Assembly: GCA_964016885.1 (NCBI GenBank)
Contig: OZ024742.1
Location: 367,164,001 to 367,228,000, forward strand
Length of the DNA: 64,000 bases
Direction: 5' to 3'
DNA from: Eledone cirrhosa
Lineage: Eukaryota
The position numbers and the translations under genes were made by a program. The first letter of the stretch is position 1. Every line of letters begins with the position of its first letter. The notes below the pieces were generated by a model that ran no database searches, was not told the origin of the DNA, and saw only the letters and a list, made by a program, of their open reading frames with translations. Shown here in pieces: positions 60,601-64,000 of this stretch.

Positions 60601-63600
60601 ATTTACAAAGAATATTACAGTATACATGTACCTGAGCACATTTACAAAGAATATTGCAGTATACATGTACCTGAGCACATTTACAAAGAATATTATATTA
60701 TACATGTACTTGGGCACATTTACAAGGAATAATTCAGTATACATGTACTTGGGCACATTTACCAAGAATATTACAGTATACATGTATCTGAGCACATTTA
60801 CAAAGAATATTACAGTATACATGTACCTGAGCACATTTACAAAGAATATTACAGTATACATGTACCTGAGCACATTTACAAAGAATATTACAGTATACAT
60901 GTACCTGAGCACATTTACAAAGAGTATTACATTATACATATACCTGAGCTCATTTACAAAGAATATTACAGTATACATATACATGAGCACATTTACAAAG
61001 AATATTACAGTATACATGTACCTGAGCTCATTTACTAAGAATATTATAGTATACATGTACCTGAGCACATTTACAAAGAATATTACAGTATACATTTACC
61101 TGAGCTCATTTACTAGGAATATTACAGTATACGTGTATCTGGGCACATTTACAAAGAATATTATATGATACATATACCTGAGCACATTTACAAAGAATAT
61201 TACAGTATACATATACCTGAGCACATTTACAAAGAGTATTACAGTATACATATACCTGAGCTCATTTACAATGAATATTACAGTATACATATACCTGAGC
61301 ACATTTACAAAGAATATTACAGTATACATGTACCTGAGCTCATTTACTAAGAATATTATAGTATACATATACCTGAGCACATTTACAAAGAATATTACAG
61401 TATACATTTACCTGAGCTCACTTACTAGGAATATTACAGTATACGTGTATCTGGGCACATTTACAAAGAATATTATATTATACATATACCTGAGCACATT
61501 TACAAAGAATATTACAGTATACATATACCTGAGCACATTTACAAAGTATATTACAGTATACATTTACTTGGGCACATTTACAAACAATATTACAGTATAC
61601 ATGTACTTGGGCACATTTACAAAGAATATTACAGTATACATGTACCTGAGCACATTTACAAAGAATATTACAGTATACATGTACCTGAGCACATTTACAA
61701 AGAATATTACAGTATACACATACCTGAGCTCATTTACAAAGAATATTACAGTATAAATGTACCTGAGCACATTTACAAAGAATATTACAGTATACATGTA
61801 CTTGGGCACATTTACAAAGAATATTACAGTATACATGTACCTCAGGACATTTACAAAGAATATTACAGTATACATGTACCTGAGCACATTTACAAAGAAT
61901 ATTACAGTATACATGTACTTGGGCACATTTACAAAGAATATTACAGTATATATGTACCTGAGCACATTTACAAAGAATATTACAGTATACATTTACTTGG
62001 GCACATTTACAAAGAATATTACAGTATACATGTACTTGGGCACATTTACAAAGAATATTACAGTATACATTTACTTGGGCACATTTACAAAGAATATTAC
62101 AGTATACATGTACTTGGGCACATTTACAAAGAATATTACAGTATACATGTACTTGGGCACATTTACAAAGAATATTACAGTATACATGTACCTGAGCACA
62201 TTTACAAATAATATTACAGTATACATGTACCTGAGCACATCTACAAAGAATATTATAATATACATGTACCTGAGCACATTTACAAAGAATATTACAGTAT
62301 ACATGTACCGGAGCACATTTACAAAGAATATTACTCTATACATGTACTTGGGCACATTTACAAAGAATATTACAGTATACATGTACCTGAGCACATTTAC
62401 AAAGCATATTACAGTATACATATACCGGAGCACATTTACAAAGAATATTACAGTATACATTTACCTGAGCTCATTTACAAGGAATATTTCATTATACATG
62501 TACCTGGGCACATTTACAAAGAATATTATAGTATACATTTACCTGAGCTCATTTACAAAGAATATTATAGTATACATGTACCTGAGCACATTTACAAAGA
62601 ATATTACAGTATACATGTACCTGAGCACATCTACAAAGAATATTACAGTATACATGTACTTCGGGACATTTACAAAGAATATTACAGTATACATGTACCT
62701 GAGCACATTTACAAAGAATATTACAGTATATATGTACCTCAGCACATTTACAAAGAATATTATAGTATACATGTACTTGGGCACATTTGCAAAGAATATT
62801 ACAGTATACATGTACTTGGGCACATTTACAAAGAATATTACAGTATACATGTACTTGGGCACATTTAAAAAGAATATTATAGTATACATGTACCTGAGCA
62901 CATTTACAAAGAATATTACAGTATACATGTACCTGAGCACATTTACAAAGAATATTGCAGTATACATGTACCTGAGCACATTTACAAAGAATATTATATT
63001 ATACATGTACTTGGGCACATTTACAAGGAATAATTCAGTATACATGTACTTGGGCACATTTACAAAGAATATTACAGTATACATGTATCTGAGAACATTT
63101 ACAAAGAATATTACAGTATACATGTACCTGAGCACATTTACAAAGAATATTACAGTATACATGTACCTGAGCACATTTACAAAGAATATTATAGTATAGA
63201 TGTACCTGTGCACATTTACAAAGAGTATTACAGTATACATATACCTGAGCTCATTTACAAAGAATATTACAGTATACATATACCTGAGCACATTTACAAA
63301 GAATATTACAGTATACATGTACCTGAGCTCATTTACTAAGAATATTATAGTATACATGTACCTGAGGACATTTACAAAGAATATTACAGTATACATTTAC
63401 CTAAACTCATTTACTAGGAATATTACAGTATACGTGTATCTGGGCACATTTACAAAGAAAATTATATTATACATATACCTGAGCACATTTACAAAGAATA
63501 TTACAGTATACATATACCTGAGCACATTTACAAAGAATATTACAGTATACATTTACTTGGGCACATTTACAAACAATATTACAGTATACATGTACTTGGG

Positions 63601-64000
63601 CACATTTACAAAGAATATTACAGTATACATGTACCTCAGGACATTTACAAAGAATATCACAGTATACATGTACCTGAGCACATTTACAAAGAATATTACA
63701 GTATACATGTACTTGGGCACATTTACAAAGAATATTACAGTATACATGTACCTGAGCACATTTACAAAGAATATTACAGTATACATTTACTTGGGCACAT
63801 TTACAAAGAATATTACAGTATACATGTACTTGGGCACATTTACAAAGAATATTACAGTATACATTTACTTAGGCACATTTACAAAGAATATTACAGTATA
63901 CATGTACTTGGGCAAATTTACAAAGAATATTACAGTATATATGTACTTGGGCACATTTACAAAGAATATTACAGTATACATGTACCTGAGCACATTTACA
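39640..64000 (+). repeat. 39-bp satellite array (~625 monomers, runs off the window end)
   Basis: Consensus GCACATTTACAAAGAATATTACAGTATACATGTACCTGA; common variants cttggg/cctgag, atg/att/ata and gcac/gctc; occasional 38-bp monomers. Confidence 0.99.

Noticed and set aside
39747-63786. Long satellite ORFs (e.g. 587-aa His/Tyr-rich, 1013-aa Thr-rich) as real genes
   Set aside because: They are open in several frames on both strands, broken by scattered 1-bp deletions and stops, and have no unique N- or C-terminal domain or signal peptide.

Overview
AT-rich animal genomic DNA. The dense (TA)n/(CA)n tracts, tRNA-headed SINEs and Penelope-like elements suggest a mollusc, probably a coleoid cephalopod such as Octopus; this is inferred from repeat style, not from a search. 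Bases 1-39.6 kb are a mosaic of microsatellites and short mobile elements around one credible host gene: a two-exon, 332-aa class A GPCR (21967-22286 + 23307-23985) with an aminergic-type TM3 Asp but non-canonical activation motifs. Bases 39.64-64 kb are one 39-bp satellite (~625 monomers) with kb-scale higher-order duplications. The most striking signal is that more than a dozen type I hammerhead ribozyme (HHR) folds can be drawn by hand, in roughly nine different short repeat families. They show stem covariation, palindromic minimal stem III and some non-canonical cores. They sit in fold-back or partial-tandem units, mostly flanked by (TA)n, next to three decayed Penelope GIY-YIG endonuclease remnants. 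Together this looks like a community of non-autonomous Penelope/retrozyme-like RNAs. Also present are a three-copy ~600-bp RTE-like non-autonomous element ending in a C2H2 finger, a mariner remnant, a piggyBac-type MITE, SINEs and a 40-bp minisatellite resembling a SINE head. Almost all ORFs in the supplied track are microsatellite or satellite artefacts. All RNA folds were derived by eye, and no database search was run.
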